DNA of 64,000 nucleotides from Octopus bimaculoides (lineage: Eukaryota). The position numbers and the translations under genes were made by a program. Under the pieces are notes generated by a model. It saw only the letters and a list, made by a program, of their open reading frames with translations. It ran no database searches and was not told where the DNA came from. Position 1 is the stretch's first letter. Each line of letters opens with the position of its first letter. The stretch covers positions 192,316,924-192,380,923 of the forward strand of contig NC_068982.1 of assembly GCF_001194135.2 (NCBI RefSeq). Direction: 5' to 3'. Shown here in pieces: positions 1-13,300 of the stretch.

Positions 1-39
1 ATATATATATATATATACACAATATACATACACACATAA

Positions 40-660
40 TCATCATTTCATCGTTTAACGTCTGTTTTCCATGCTGACATGGATTAGACAGTTTGACAGG
101 AACAGGTAAGCTGGAGAGCTGCAGCCAGCTTCCAGTTTGATTTTGGGTTGGTTTCAACAGCTGGATGCTCTTCTTAATGCCAACCACTCCAAGAGTGCAG
201 TGGGTCACCAGCACGGGTGCCTTTTACATGTTACCACCATGAGTGCCTCTTATTTGCCACCGGCACAGGTGCCTTTCATGTGTCACTGGCCATGACTACA
301 ATTTCACTTATCCTCACATGTCTTCTTAAACACAACAAATCGCCAACAGTCTAGATCACTTGTCATTGCCTCTGTGAGGCCCAACGTTCAAAGGTCATGG
401 AAGCTATCAACTACTTCTAGTTTCTCCCCCTGGCATATGATGGAATTCATTTTCTGAGCATCCGTGGTGTTTATTGCCCTGTGCATCTTCCGCACACAAA
501 AGCTATCATCCCGGTTAACCTTCCTTTGATGTTGCTGCGCCTCTTATGTGTCCATAGCTTACACTGGATACATCTTATGGAGTTTCTACCTACACCTTTT
601 CTACAGATCGAGCAGGACCATTTACCTGAAGGGGTTTGTAATGTGTTCGCCTTCCTGTAG
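40..660 (-). mobile_element. RTE-type LINE 3' remnant, copy A (internally deleted), with (GAT)n tail and PHD-like coding segment
   Basis: Minus-strand translation RKANTLQTPSGKWSCSICRKGVGRNSIRCIQCKLWTHKR..NIKGRLT..FVCGRC, then the family 3' UTR and (ATC)n at ~40-50; same family as 4002-5062 and 39389-40677. Confidence 0.85.
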
Positions 661-737
661 GCAAAATATATATATATATATATATAGGTAGGTAAATGGA
701 TATGTGTGTTGCTGTGGAGCAGATATATGGCTATCTC

Positions 738-785
<48 letters not shown>

Positions 786-1489
786 ATGGTGGTGATGTTT
801 CAGTGGGGATGTACTATCAAGGTATAAGGGAGTGAATATAAGTGGCACACAGGATTGGATAGAGTGAGTGGGCAAGAAGTTCAAGAGAGTGAGAAAAGAG
901 GGTGTGTGATAGAGGGGTTGGGAAGAGGGGGAAATGCACTGAGAGGTAAATGTGGGTGGAGAGGAAGTGGGGCTAGGAAGATGAGTTGTTGGGGAGATTT
1001 GTGTGGGATAAATTGCGTGTAGGGGCATAGACATAAGGGACATGCCTTTATAGCCTCATTTTTATTTAGATGAACATGTCTCAAGTACAAACATTAAATG
1101 ATGATGATGCTACAAGAGTTACAGAATGGAGTAGATAAGATCCAGGCTACATATGTTTCATAGAGAGCGGAACCTCAGAAATGGTAAATAACTAAGCAAA
1201 GTGTATACCGCAGGCTACTGAACAGGCCAGGGATATCCTTTGCCTATCATGAAATATAAAAAGGGTTTGTTACAGGTTATTGTAGTTCGATATGAAGACA
1301 AATATGTATTTCAAAATTATTTTCAATATGTTAGAGAAACAATAAAGACACTATTCTACTCCTAACCACAATAACAATGATTGGACACAGAATAAACATT
1401 TGATAAAGCAACAGTAATAAATTCATCTATTATTAGTTTATCTATCATTGTTAATGATGACCAAGGATATCACATGGAGGAAGAAGATA

Positions 1490-1915
1490 GGGTACGTCTG
1501 TCTGACTGTGGCCCATCAGTCCAATGTATGCTTGGAAGCTTCTGCCACAGGTTGGGCACTGACAGTCTATTGGGACTGAAGGCAAGGTATTGGCTCTGGA
1601 CTTGCATTAGTTTTTCTTTTTTTTTTTTGTGCCCCTGAAATCTTGTTCTTTTCGTAGGAGGTGACATTTGTTGGTGCAGCTTCACCAGGAAGGATAGTCT
1701 TGTGCTTGCATTATCCAGGTGTCAGGGTTGATCACAAAGCTCTTCAGTGAAGCTTTGCGTGTGCCCTTGAAGTAATTTTTATCAGTCTACATTGTGTCAG
1801 GCATTCGGACAAAATGGCTTGACNNNNNNNNNNTTGTAAACTGTCCAAGTCTTTTATAGGTGTAGCATGGGGAATACAACTGCTTGAGACACCTTCAACT
1901 TGGTGGCCCTAATGC
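1490..1915 (-). mobile_element. RTE/BovB-like LINE C-terminal fragment (decayed)
   Basis: Minus-strand pieces TKLKVSQAVVFPML..KTWTVY, FKGTRKASLKSFVINPDTW and KSRANTLPSVPIDCQCPTCGRSFQAYIGLMGH resemble the RTE RT tail and terminal Cys/His motif; includes the 10-N gap 1824-1833. Confidence 0.7.
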
Positions 1916-1952
1916 CTCTCCTCTCCCATACTGATCCAGCAGCAGTTAATAG
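1860..1952 (+). other. Weak candidate exon (UTR plus ATG at 1912, MPLLSHTDPAAVN, phase-2 end), antisense to the RTE fragment
   Basis: Acceptor cttttatag| and donor AG|gtaaga; phase fits exon 14864, but it overlaps a TE and may be chance. Confidence 0.15.
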
Positions 1953-3524
1953 GTAAGACAATGCTGTATTTCATAGTAGAGCTGTTGTTGCTATAATGAG
2001 TTAGTATTCCAGATGATGTGACAAGCTTCATTTCATGCCAACTCAAGGCTATTTAGTGTCACAGCTAAAAGAGTCAAATTCCAACTCAAATCTTACATCT
2101 GAAAAAGAAGTTGTCAAATTAATTCAAAGAATGAATAATTTGAAATGTAAATTCTGTTGGATAAAAAACAAACTCATTCATCTCTGAAACTCTATACGAA
2201 ATCTGAGTAATTTACATCGAACAGCCTGAGAATTTCAACCAAAGTAAAAAAAAAAACAAAGGACATAAATTTAGAAGTGAACTAACTTTTACTGCGTTGT
2301 TTTTCAATACAATTAGTGAAGTTACATTAAATGTTGAATATCACTATCTCAGTGAATAAACTTGTTGCACATAAACAGTCACACACACACACACACACAC
2401 ATGCACGCATGCATGCACACACACACACATGCACGCATGCATGCACACACACACACACACAATGTGTGCAGATGCAGACCATGTTCACTTCATTAGCAGT
2501 ATTTCATGTTAAAATGTGACAAGCTCATTATGAGCAGTAGAAACTGGAATTTGCAGTCAATATCTGATGTATTCTAGAATGTTCCAACCAGTAGGTTACA
2601 TGGAGTCATATAAAACAACCTTAATTATTTAAATTTTTAGATTTCAGTTGTGCTTTATACAATCTCAACATGTCACAAAAAAGAAGAGAAAATGAAACAA
2701 AGCCATAGATTTATGTTGATATGACATTCATTTATTTCCTGAAGAAAACATTAATGTAAGTGAAGAAAATTGACTTTCACTGTGATTTGGAATGGTAATA
2801 TAGATGTATTGCAAGTTTACTCCTGTCAATGGCATTATAACCAGAGGGTAGCAGACATGGCTGTGTGGTTAAGAAATTCATTTTCTAATCACATGGTACG
2901 GGGTTTGCCATCAACCATAATATTGGGTGATGCATACCTCATGAATAAATTTTGGTAATAGGAAACTGTGCAGAAGGCTGTTGTGTGTGTGTGTGTGTGT
3001 GTGCACTGGTCCTCACATGTAGTCACATATAGTCACTCAACTGAGATATTTTTATTTACATGATGAGGGGAATGTAAACAATGGTACTTCTACTAAAACA
3101 GTATCAAAGAAAAAACAAAAAATTAAGTCACACACATATATATGTAAGTATAAAAAGAACACAAATGGGATTTAAAATTTACTACAGCTGTTTTATGTAG
3201 CATTTCATTGATGCTTCATATATTACAAAATAACATAAAGCCACCATCGTCAGGTCAAATTTTAAACATATAAACAGGCAAGGTAACACCCTGGTAATGA
3301 CCTGTTCAGAACTTAACATGAAGAATAAGTGATATTTTAAAAAAGAACAATCGAGTTTATAGAGAGATCAGAGAAGTAAATAGATATTTTAGGGAGCAAA
3401 GGGGTCACCAACAAATGACACCTAATGTCTCCTTTACCTCACTGTGAACTCAATGGTATCCAACCAGTCTTGGTGTCCTATGTGTTGATGCAGCAAGATT
3501 ATAATGATGAATCCTGTACCTAAT

Positions 3525-3607
<83 letters not shown>

Positions 3608-3629
3608 TCTCTCTCCCTCTCTCTCTCTC

Positions 3630-3998
3630 TGGCACCTGTGCCCAGCATCACCTTACTGGCACTTGTGCTGGTGGCACGTGTAAAGACATTCAATTGAGAC
3701 CATTGCCAGTGCCGCTGGACTGGCTCCTGTGCAGATGGCACGTAAAAAACACCATTTTGAGTGTGGCCATTGCTAGTACTGCCTGACAGGCCCTCATGCT
3801 GGTGGCATATAAAAGCACCCACTACACTCTCGGAGTGGTTGGTGTTAGGAAGCGCATCCAGCTGTAGAAACTCTGCCAAATCAGATTGGAGCTTGGTGCA
3901 GCCATCTGGTTTGCCAGTCCACAGTCAAATCGTCCAACCCATGCTAGCATGGAAAGCAGACGTTAAACGACGACGATGATGATGATGATGATGATGAT
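3630..3998 (+). mobile_element. (GAT)n-tailed retroposon 3' UTR copy (RTE family or derived SINE)
   Basis: Conserved block ...gagtggttggtgttaggaagcgcatccagctgtagaaactctgcc...catggaaagcagacgttaaacgacgacgatgatgat; many copies in the window. Confidence 0.85.
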
Positions 3999-4001
3999 AT
4001 A

Positions 4002-5062
4002 TAGTAAGTAATTAGGAAGGCAGACAAATCACAAATCCCTTCAGGTAGATGGCCCTGCTCAATTTATAGAAAAGGCATAGGTACAAACTACATAAGATGT
4101 ACCTGGTGTAAGCTATGGACACGTAAGAGGTGCAGCAATAATCAGAGGAAGGTTATAGCATGTGTGGAAGATGCTCTGGTACAATTAACACTGAAAATGT
4201 ACAGAAAATAGACTCCATCAAATGCCAGTTGGGTAAGCTAGAGGTAGTAGATAGAATCTAGGTGACCAAGATAGTAGTGGAGGTAGATGCTCTGACAGCA
4301 TAGCTGTGAGAATAAGAATAGTTTGGGCAAAGTTCAGAGAGCTCTTACCTCTGCTGGTAGCAAAGGCCTCTCACTCAGAGTGAAAGGTAGATTGTATGAT
4401 GTCTGTGTGTGAACAGCCATGCTATACAGCAGTGAAACATGGGCTGTGATAGCCGAGGACATGAGTAGGCTTGAAAGAAATGAAGCCAGTATGCTTTGCT
4501 GGATGTGCAATGTCAGTGTGCATGTACGACAGAGTGTAAGCATCTTGAGAGAAAAGTTGGGCTGCATCAGATGTGATGTGTAAGAGAGATGACTGCGCTG
4601 GTATGGTCATGTGATGCATATGGACAAGAACAGCTGTGTAAAGAAGTGCCAATGTCTAACTGTGGAGGAGACCTGTGGGCAGAGGTAGACCCAGGAAGAT
4701 ATGAGACAAGGTGGTGAAGCATGATCTTTGAACTTTGGGCCTCACGGAAGCAATGACTAGTGACCAAGACTTTTGGCAACATGCTGTGCTTGAAAAGACC
4801 CACCAAGCTAAGTGAAATCATAGTCGTGGCCAATGCTGGTGTCACATAACTGGCACCCATGCTGGTGGCACATAAAAAGCACTTTCAAGCGTTGGACCTT
4901 GCAGAGGCAATGATGAATGACCGAGACCCTTGGCATTATGCTGTGCTTGAGAAGAAGACCCCTCAAACCAAATAACATTGCAGTCGTGTCATGCAAATGG
5001 CACACATGCCAGTGGCACGTAAAAGCACCCATTACACTCTCAGAGTGGTTGGCATTAGGAAG
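4002..5062 (+). mobile_element. RTE-type LINE 3' fragment, copy B (decayed)
   Basis: Translates to RKADKSQIPSGRWPCSI...WAKFRELLPLLVAKGLSLRVKGRLYD...LRWYGHV with stops and frameshifts, followed by the family 3' UTR. Confidence 0.85.
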
Positions 5063-5209
5063 GTCATTAAAATATTTTTTGCACTTTAAAAAACTCATTT
5101 TTTTGATTATTAATTAATAATTAGAAATTTGAAAATAGGTTATAAAAAATAATAGTAGTACATAATTAGTACAATAAATAGAATAATACAAAAATTAGTT
5201 ATAGGAAGA

Positions 5210-5264
5210 TTTTAGTCTTGAGCCTATTTTTAGTCTTGAGCCTATTTTTAGTCTTGAGCCTATT
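5210..5264. repeat. 18-bp tandem repeat, about 3 copies
   Basis: TTTTAGTCTTGAGCCTAT repeated three times directly. Confidence 0.9.
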
Positions 5265-6644
5265 TTTTACATAATGAATTTACCTACCATATTTTATACT
5301 ATTCTACTTTGCATAAAACTTTAGCTATATTCGTACTTTTGGCTCTCAATTTTTAAGTATTCTAGGGTAAACTTGTCTTGTAATTTTCCAGGTTTATAAC
5401 CTTAAGAATATTATTTCTCTTGCTCGCATTTTTCCATGTAATCCATGTTTTTTCCAGGCTNNNNNNNNNNNNNNNNNNNNNNNNNNNNNNNNNNNNNNNN
5501 NNNNNNNNNNNNNNNNNNNNNNNNNNNNNNNNNNNNNNNNNNNNNNNNNNNNNNNNNNNNNNNNNNNNNNNNNNNNNNNNNNNNNNNNNNNNNNNNNNNN
5601 NNNNNNNNNNNNNNNNNNNNNNNNNNNNNNNACTATATTATCACCCACAAATTTGGGAAACAAACACTCAACTTTTTTCTTTTAAAACTTAATTGCATGA
5701 GATTGAAACCATGAAATTCCTCAATTTGAGCTCTATCATTTAAACTTAACTAAAATATAGTTTGTTTTTAGATTATAAAAAAGTAAATTATACTTAAATC
5801 CAATTTTTTGCCTTACTTATACTTTTTTTCATGATATTTTACCTCACAACTTTTTTGATATAAATTTTTGTTGCATGAGAACAAAATTATGAAATTCTCC
5901 ATGTTTTTTTCTGTCATTGAAGCTAAAATAAATATATTTTGCTTTTAAAATAAAAAAGTTATTTAGATCTAAACTTGATTGGTGATGTTACTTACTCTCC
6001 TAGGATCAAATCTCAATTTTTTAATGTCAAAACGTAGCTAGGGACCAGTCCTCTTCAAAAATGTTAACAGTTTTCAATTTAGTTAAGAACTGAATTAGCG
6101 ACAAGCTCTGAATGATGCTGCATGTGAGTAAACTGCGCCCTTAAGAATATTATTCAACTACTACCGTAGTTGAATGATACACATCAGATGGCAAGCTTCT
6201 GGATTGTTTTCATCAACCATTTCCATTCACAAGACATTGGTCAGCTTGAGGCTATTTTAGACAACACATTCCTAAGAAGCTATGAAGTAGGACCAAACCT
6301 AAAGCCCACAACCATATGTGTGCGTGCACACACACACACACACACACACATCATTCATTCATTTTACACTTATTTTTCTATTCATTCATGGGTCAGATAT
6401 GTCAATATATTAGTGAGGCCTTTTACAGCCAGATGTCCTTCCTATCAGTTTTTCAAAAGCATGGAACTAGCAAGCAATTTGTTGAAAGGACATTATCTAC
6501 AAAGATCACTGTTTGTAGCTCAGTGCTATTTTCAGGTGAGCATGGGAGACAAATATTAACACAAACACACAAGTATGCACACACATGCATATATACAAAC
6601 ATACATTTTATATATGCATATATAGATATATATATATATATAGA

Positions 6645-7025
6645 CACAGGCATGGCAGTGTTGTAAGAAGTTAGCTTCCCAGCCACACAGTTCCAAGTTC
6701 AGTCCCACTGCATGTCACCTTGGACAAATGTTTTCTACTATAGCCTTGAGCCAACCAATGCCTTGTGAATGGGTTTGGTAGACAGAAACTGAAAGAAGCC
6801 TGTTGTATAGACCGTGTGTGTGTGTGTGTGTTCCCACCACCACTTGACAATTGGTGTTGTGTTTATGTCCCCATAACTTAGCAGTTTGGCAAAACAGATT
6901 GGTAGAATAAGTACTAGGCTTAAAAAATAAGTAGTGTGGTTGATTCGTTCAATTAAAATTCTTCGAGGTGGTGCCCCAGCATGGCCACAGTCTAATGACC
7001 GAAACAAGTAAAAGAATAAAAGAAT
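6645..7025 (+). mobile_element. tRNA-derived SINE (abundant family with internal (TG)n)
   Basis: Head ggcatggcagtgttgtaagaag...gttcagtcccactgc, internal gtagacagaaactgaaagaagcctgttgtata-(TG)n, tail cagcatggccacagtctaatgaccgaaacaagtaaaaga; same as 63477-63872. Confidence 0.85.
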
Positions 7026-9551
7026 AAATAAGCTACAAGTAAAACTTCTGAGCAGTCAGTGTTATAAACAAATTATTCGAAGCAAAACGTAGACAACTGG
7101 AACTGAACATTGAAATAGCTTTGTAAATAATTAATGTATTTTGGAAAGCAAGTTTCTATTACTTTTACTTTTAATCTTTTATCTTCAAATTGGAAATGTT
7201 TTTAGCAAATTTCACCCTATCATATTTTTACAAGATTTAATTAGTTTCCAGAATGCTGACAGATTCATGTGACTGTAATATAGGAAACATTAAAGTCAGA
7301 AGTTGGAGGAATAGTTTTGCATGTAATGGTGGTGGAGGCAGATTTGGCATAATGACCTTATAGAGAGAACAGCGAAAATTGTATACAAGATACTCAAATT
7401 AACTGGAATAAAAATAGACTGGAGGGGAAATACAGAGAAATAGAGAATACAGACAATTGTCATGAAATATAGAATGGCAAATGTGAAGACAATATTTCAC
7501 AGAATAAGGCAAATTTTTCAGAGTAAAATTGACACACTAATGCCTCTTTTAACATACACACACACATACACATTGTTATATTTATATGATAAATTTTTTG
7601 TCCAGTAATGTCTGCTACAATCAAATTCTATCATCTTTGTGTTGAGTAATAAAATGAACACAACTTATCTAAGCTAGCAGAAATGTAAGTTTAATGAGAT
7701 GACAAAGAAATAGTATTACGTCTACATCGTCAACTGCGGTGCTTTTAAGATTGATGCAGCAGACTAAAGCAACTTGTCTCTCGCTGAATTATTATTGATT
7801 TGGTCGACTAGTAACAACAGGAACCAGATTAACAGTAGCAGAGAATAATATTTCTGTGCTGATTGGTTAGTTGAAGTATGTTCCCAATTACCATGAAAGA
7901 GAGGTAGAAATGGTGAAAGAGGCTACATTATGGGCAAGGAAGACATAACAGTAGCCATACGCTGCATTTGTAGTCAATTCAACACTACTTGTGGTCAAAA
8001 TGTCAACACTTAGCATCAGTGAGTCACTACTATCAGCCCAAGTAGTTGATTACTACACTGAACATTCACTAAACTAAAGCATGTAGGTGAGGTGATGGGG
8101 GTGAGGGAGTGACAAGGGTTTAGAAAAGAGAAAAGTAGAAGTGAAAATGCCAGAAAGGTGGGGCAGGGAAAAAAAAAAGAAGAGAGAAAAATCAGGGTGG
8201 AAAAAAGAGTAGTGTTGTAAGATAATATGTTAAAAGCTTAACTAAGAAATGTGTAGAGCTAAACATGGTAGGAAGAAATAAAGTAAGAAAATGCCAATGA
8301 AAATAAATATTCTTTACAGCAGCTGGAGAAATATAAAAAGATAAAAACAAAATGAAAGACAAAAGTTCAAGAATTTACAGAGATGCTTCTACGATTTACA
8401 GATTTATAAACTGAAAATGGCATCTTATTTCATGAAGCTAATTTATAATGTAAAATGATGGCTGAGTTGATGGAATCCCAGATAACAGGACAAGTGGTCA
8501 GCAATTCCTTTCTTGTAATTTTCTTTTTAATAAGATGGTCAAGAAACAAGGGGCAGTGGTCACCATGTTGATAGGTCACAATATCCAGTCTGAATATTTG
8601 CAGATTATGGAGGGAATTAGGAATCTGGTCAGGTGGTGATGGTAGTGTAAGAGATAATAGCATAGGTCTGTTGTATATTACTATGAGCATGTAAGGACTA
8701 GGAGGTAATGGTGGTGTTGGAGGTAGTGTTATACTGGTCTATAAGTTGTACATTAGTGACACATAAGGACCAGGTGGTAGAGTTAAACAGTATATCAGAC
8801 ACAGTATGTAACTTAGACACTTAACTCTCAACTTAACTACAATTAGGTAATACACAATAAGAAGCACTCTCTAAAAAAATGATAAAATTAACAAGTATTT
8901 TGAAAGCTAGTAGTACTGAGTTCAACTCTAGTGACTATGGTTTAGAGATAGATGTTCTCTGTGGAGGGGATTTCCATTTTTGATCAGTAGAAAGGAGCTG
9001 CATCCAGCTCTTCACAGATTCTTCAAGACTGGAGAGATCAGCACAACTAATGGTCCACTAGAATAATTTGCAAGTTGATGGATGCAATAAAAACATGTCA
9101 TCGGGGATAACTCTGTATGTTATGTATTAAGTCCTCACCACCAAATTGATCATCAGGAGGTCTCTGGATGGTTGCCTTCAAAGAAACTAGCATTGCAGAA
9201 AGTGCTGAGTGACAGGAACACTGGATTATGTACACATACAATGTTTGGGGGACACAAAACCAAACAATAACATCAACCTCAATAGAAGCATCTTCCATCA
9301 AATTTGGTCAATCAGAAATGAGACATAGATCTAAACAACAATAAATACAATTTAGCTTATTGATTGGGGGGGGGGCGTGTGTACATGCGTGCGTGTGTAT
9401 GTGTGTCTATGTGTTGGCTGTATAATTTGTGTATAAACATCAAAGGATAGATCACAGTAATTAAGAGCTCAATTAATAACAAGTCATTAAACATTTGACA
9501 GGTTATTACATTGCATTAAAATCCAGTGGAAGACAAATGCATATATATATC

Positions 9552-9750
9552 ATCATCATCATCATCGTCGTTTAACGTCCGCCTTCCATGCTAGCATGGG
9601 TTGGACGATCTGACTGAGGACTGGTGAAACCGGATGGCAACACCAGGCTCCAATCTAATTTGGCAGAGTTTCTACAGCTGGATGCCCTTCCTAACGCCAA
9701 CCACTCAGAGAGTGTAGTGGGTGCTTTTACGTGTCACCCGCACAAAAACG

Positions 9751-9752
<2 letters not shown>
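9552..9752 (-). mobile_element. (GAT)n-tailed retroposon 3' end, young copy
   Basis: Nearly identical to 39389-39595 (catcatcatcgtttaacgtccgc...cacccgcac); both retain CpGs. Confidence 0.9.
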
Positions 9753-9792
<40 letters not shown>

Positions 9793-10563
9793 CATTGTTG
9801 GTTAAAACGAAATGATCCTTAAGAGCAACTCCTATTTACAATAAAAAGGAGAAAAGCATAAATTTCAAAGACAGATCATACTCTAATTGTGTTCATCAGT
9901 TGTGCTGTGTAGATAAACGCCACCAAATGTATAATTACACACACACACACACACACCATCATACAAGCATACACTCTTCCATGAAAAATGTCTAGCCATG
10001 GGGAAATATTACAAGTGATAGTTGGCAACAGAAAGAGCATCCAGTCATAGAATCCGTCTGACCAATATAAACATGGAAAAGTGGATGTTAAAACAATGAT
10101 GATGATATCATCATTTTAACATTTCCATGCTTTCATGGGTCAGGCAGAATTCGTAGAGGCAGATTTTCGATAGCCAGATGCTCTTCCCATTTCCAAATAA
10201 GGTAATAAATTTGCTGTAGTTGGAGATGATTTCACAGAAGACCAGAAATGAAGGTTACTGTTTAGATGCTGGTTATCCTCGTTTACAACTATCACATTAC
10301 ATCAAAAGAAAACTGTCCAACCCATACCAGCATGGAAAACAGACGTTAAACAACGATGACGATGATGATACATACTTACTAACCTAGCTACATACATTAC
10401 ATACATACAGGCATATGTTGTATATACATACATATATTTATACAATGGGTTTCTTTTCTTTAGCTACCAACCAAATTCACTCACAAGGCTTCAGTTGGGC
10501 CAAGGCTATAGCAGAAGACATTTATTCAAGTTGCTGCACAATGGGACTGAATCCCAAACATGT

Positions 10564-10601
<38 letters not shown>

Positions 10602-11454
10602 AGAGAGAGAGGGAATGTTCTGATAAACTTGTTAGGTTAAAGTGATGCAAAGAGGAGGTTTAACTTGAAACAGCACTTAGCAACATAGTAAGAGTTGATG
10701 ATGATGATAATGACAACGACAACAACAGTCACCATTACCACCGTTATTTACCGGTACCACTGCCGCTACTATCTCCTCTGTGATGGAGTTAGTAAAGATT
10801 TATACATAGAAAGTGGGTGCTGTCATTTTGTGCAGTTAATAAACATTTGTTTTCTTAATGTCTTTATCAGTAACCTGTGAATTAATAGATCACAGAAAGA
10901 AATAAAGGAGAAGAATGAGATAAAATATAAATGAAAATGGAAATCCTTCAGTTTCCTGAAAATTCTACATTTTGGAAATTTGTTCCATTATATTTTGTTT
11001 GAGTTGTTTGTGATAGAATAAAATGAAGTCAGATAAAGAGGAAAACTAAATCTTTTAACAGGATCATAAAAACGATTGCTTCACTGAATCTTAGAGCAGT
11101 TTAAAGATGAAAAAAATATTCCTGTCAAGAATTACAAGAATCCATAAAGGCCAATCTTTGATTTTGGATTTCTGCAGTATTAAGTGGTTCAGATTAGATT
11201 CCTTCTCTGGCATAAGTCTTTTGCTGGTAATTCATCCAGAAAAAAAAATGCCTTTGTACCAATTTTGTTTTGACATAATGCAGAATTAGGTGTCCTCATG
11301 TCTACAGTGGACTTAAAGAGGTGACCAGTAAAGCTAATGGCGAAGTCATTTAACATTCAGGGAATTTGGTTTCAATCTAGTTTCAAAACACCATTCAAAA
11401 ATATATAAAAATTAAATCTAAGCTACAAGAAGGCCGAAGCTGATTCCACTGAAT

Positions 11455-11750
11455 TTGACAGAGTGTGGTTGTTGCCAGTGCCACCTGACTGGCTCCTGTA
11501 CCAGTGGTACATAAAAAGCACCATTTGAGCGTGGTCGATGCCAGTGCCGCCTGACTAGCCCCGTGCTAGTGGCATGTAAAAAGCACCCATCACACTCTCA
11601 GAGTGGTTGGCATTAGGAAGGGCATCCAGCTGTAGAAACCTTGCCAGATCAGATTGGAGCCTGGTACAGCCTCCTGGCTTGCCAGTCCTCAGTCAAACCG
11701 TCCAACCCATGCCAGCATGGAAAGCAGATGTTAAACAATGATGATGATGA
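11455..11750 (+). mobile_element. (GAT)n-tailed retroposon 3' UTR copy with 2 internal subrepeats
   Basis: Two ...tgccagtgcc(a/g)cctgact(g/a)gc... units, then the conserved 3' block and gatgatgat tail. Confidence 0.85.
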
Positions 11751-11879
11751 TATTAGGGTTGTTGTAGTTTTTTTTTAGCCCTTTTGTTACCAAATATCTG
11801 CTGAAGTACACTGCCTTTGTTTCAATTAATTTTTAAAAAACAAAGAATTTAATTTGATATTTCTTATCCAAGGTTTTTG

Positions 11880-12140
11880 TGTCTATCATTTATCTTTTGC
11901 TTGTTTCAGTCAATAGACTGCGATCATGCTGGGGCACTACCTTGAGCAATTTTAGTTGCAAGAATCAACCTCAATATTTATTATTTTTAAGCCCGGTAAT
12001 TATTCTACCATTCTCTTTTGCCAAACTGCTAAGTTATAAGGATGTAAACACACCAACACCAGTTGTCAAGCAGTGGTGGGAGGGACAAACATAAATACAA
12101 ACACACACACACACACATATATATGATGGGCTTCTTTCAG
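11880..12140 (-). mobile_element. tRNA-derived SINE, 3' part
   Basis: Reverse complement of the 6645-7025 family tail (gtttcagtc...gcgatcatgctggggcactacc...tgccaaactgctaagttata). Confidence 0.8.
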
Positions 12141-12189
12141 TTTCTGGTGGTGGTGGTGTTTTACTTCGCAGAGTGCTTGGTCTTGTTTG

Positions 12190-12585
12190 CTCTGGTTGAT
12201 TCTATGAGAGGGGGCAGCAGCCTGTTGTCAGACATCTCACAGGGTCTCTTTCCACACATTATTAACTTTGATACTCAGGTGTTAATTATCATGGGAGGCA
12301 TTCAACATCCAGGTACCAATCTCAAAATCCTAACTGTCCCCAGCAGTCTTTTGGTCTTGCTCTGCTCTCATCTCAATTCCAATTTCTCTGACATATTTCT
12401 CAAACTTGGTTGTTAGTGCACTGAATGCTCCTACAAACACTCTCTTCATACTCCACATTCTTGCAATTTCATCTTTTAGGAGTCTCTACTTTTCCATCTT
12501 TTCTAGTTCTTTATCACTTATGCATGCATCCCCAGGCATTACAATATCTATAACTTTGGTTTCCTTTTTTTCCTCAATTTAATTA
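12190..12585 (-). mobile_element. R4/Dong-like (RLE-clade) non-LTR retrotransposon C-terminal endonuclease fragment
   Basis: Minus translation KETKVIDIVMPGDACISDKELEK..KDEIARMWSMKRV..VGAFSALTTKFEKYVREIGIE...TVRILRLV matches the PD-(D/E)xK RLE tail; abuts (TTA)n. Confidence 0.75.
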
Positions 12586-12589
12586 TTAT

Positions 12590-13045
12590 TATTGAGTGAG
12601 AGAGCAGTGCATGCCATCAAAATGACATTGGGGTAAAATATACAAAGCCCAGTATACCCAATATGACTACCCATTTGATAAGAGTACATCAGGCACATGC
12701 ATCACAACCATATGTGCACGACATGGTGATCTCAAACCAAGATAAATGGTGCATGATTTTGCAGGTGGAGCCCAGTTAGAATTTTCTTCAACCTCCAAAG
12801 GATTCCTCTCAACACATGGCTATCATGCTCCCCCACTACTTCTGCTCATGATCAGAGATGCATATATTGTCAGCCACCAAAGGACAAGCTCAAATCATTA
12901 AGGTTACAAGCAAATCTGTGGTATTAAGCAGAATATTTGTTGTAGTCCATCTTTTATACCAAGACAAAACAATGTACATGATAACACTTCCAATCAGTTA
13001 AGATTAGAAGCCATGAGAGTCAGTGCCTGGTACTACATCAGGGCA
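12590..13045. repeat. Unclassified interspersed repeat bracketed by (TTA)n/(ATT)n
   Basis: Non-coding block between two R4/Dong fragments with TTA-type repeats at both ends; I recall it as a common octopus repeat but cannot classify it. Confidence 0.4.
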
Positions 13046-13059
13046 TAAATTATTATCAT

Positions 13060-13300
13060 TATTATTATCTTCTCTTTATCACAAGTTTTGTTGGAGCTCC
13101 TGGGGTCTTGCATGTGCAACAGGCTAACTCCCTGCAGCCTACAGTACCATGCTATTTGTTCTTTTCAATTATCTGATACTTTCCTGTTTATTCTGGCCAT
13201 GCCAAGGAGGCAAACCTTTTGTAATATTTCTACTGGGGACTCTATTCCAATTTCCTTTATATTCCTCTTGATGCCTTCTGATACTGTCTCCAAGGACATA
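13060..13300 (-). mobile_element. R4/Dong-like retrotransposon 3' terminus
   Basis: Minus translation LETVSEGIKRNIKEIGIESPVEILQKVCLLGMARINRKVSDN* followed by a short UTR and (TAA)n-like tail. Confidence 0.75.

Noticed and set aside
1275-1370. VIVVRYEDK, like a sulfotransferase VRYED motif
   Set aside because: Short; frame closes after 30 codons with no good donor or other motifs.
9098-9301. ORF ending RPPDDQFGGEDLIHNIQSYPR
   Set aside because: No convincing splice pair or family motif; likely old repeat or chance.
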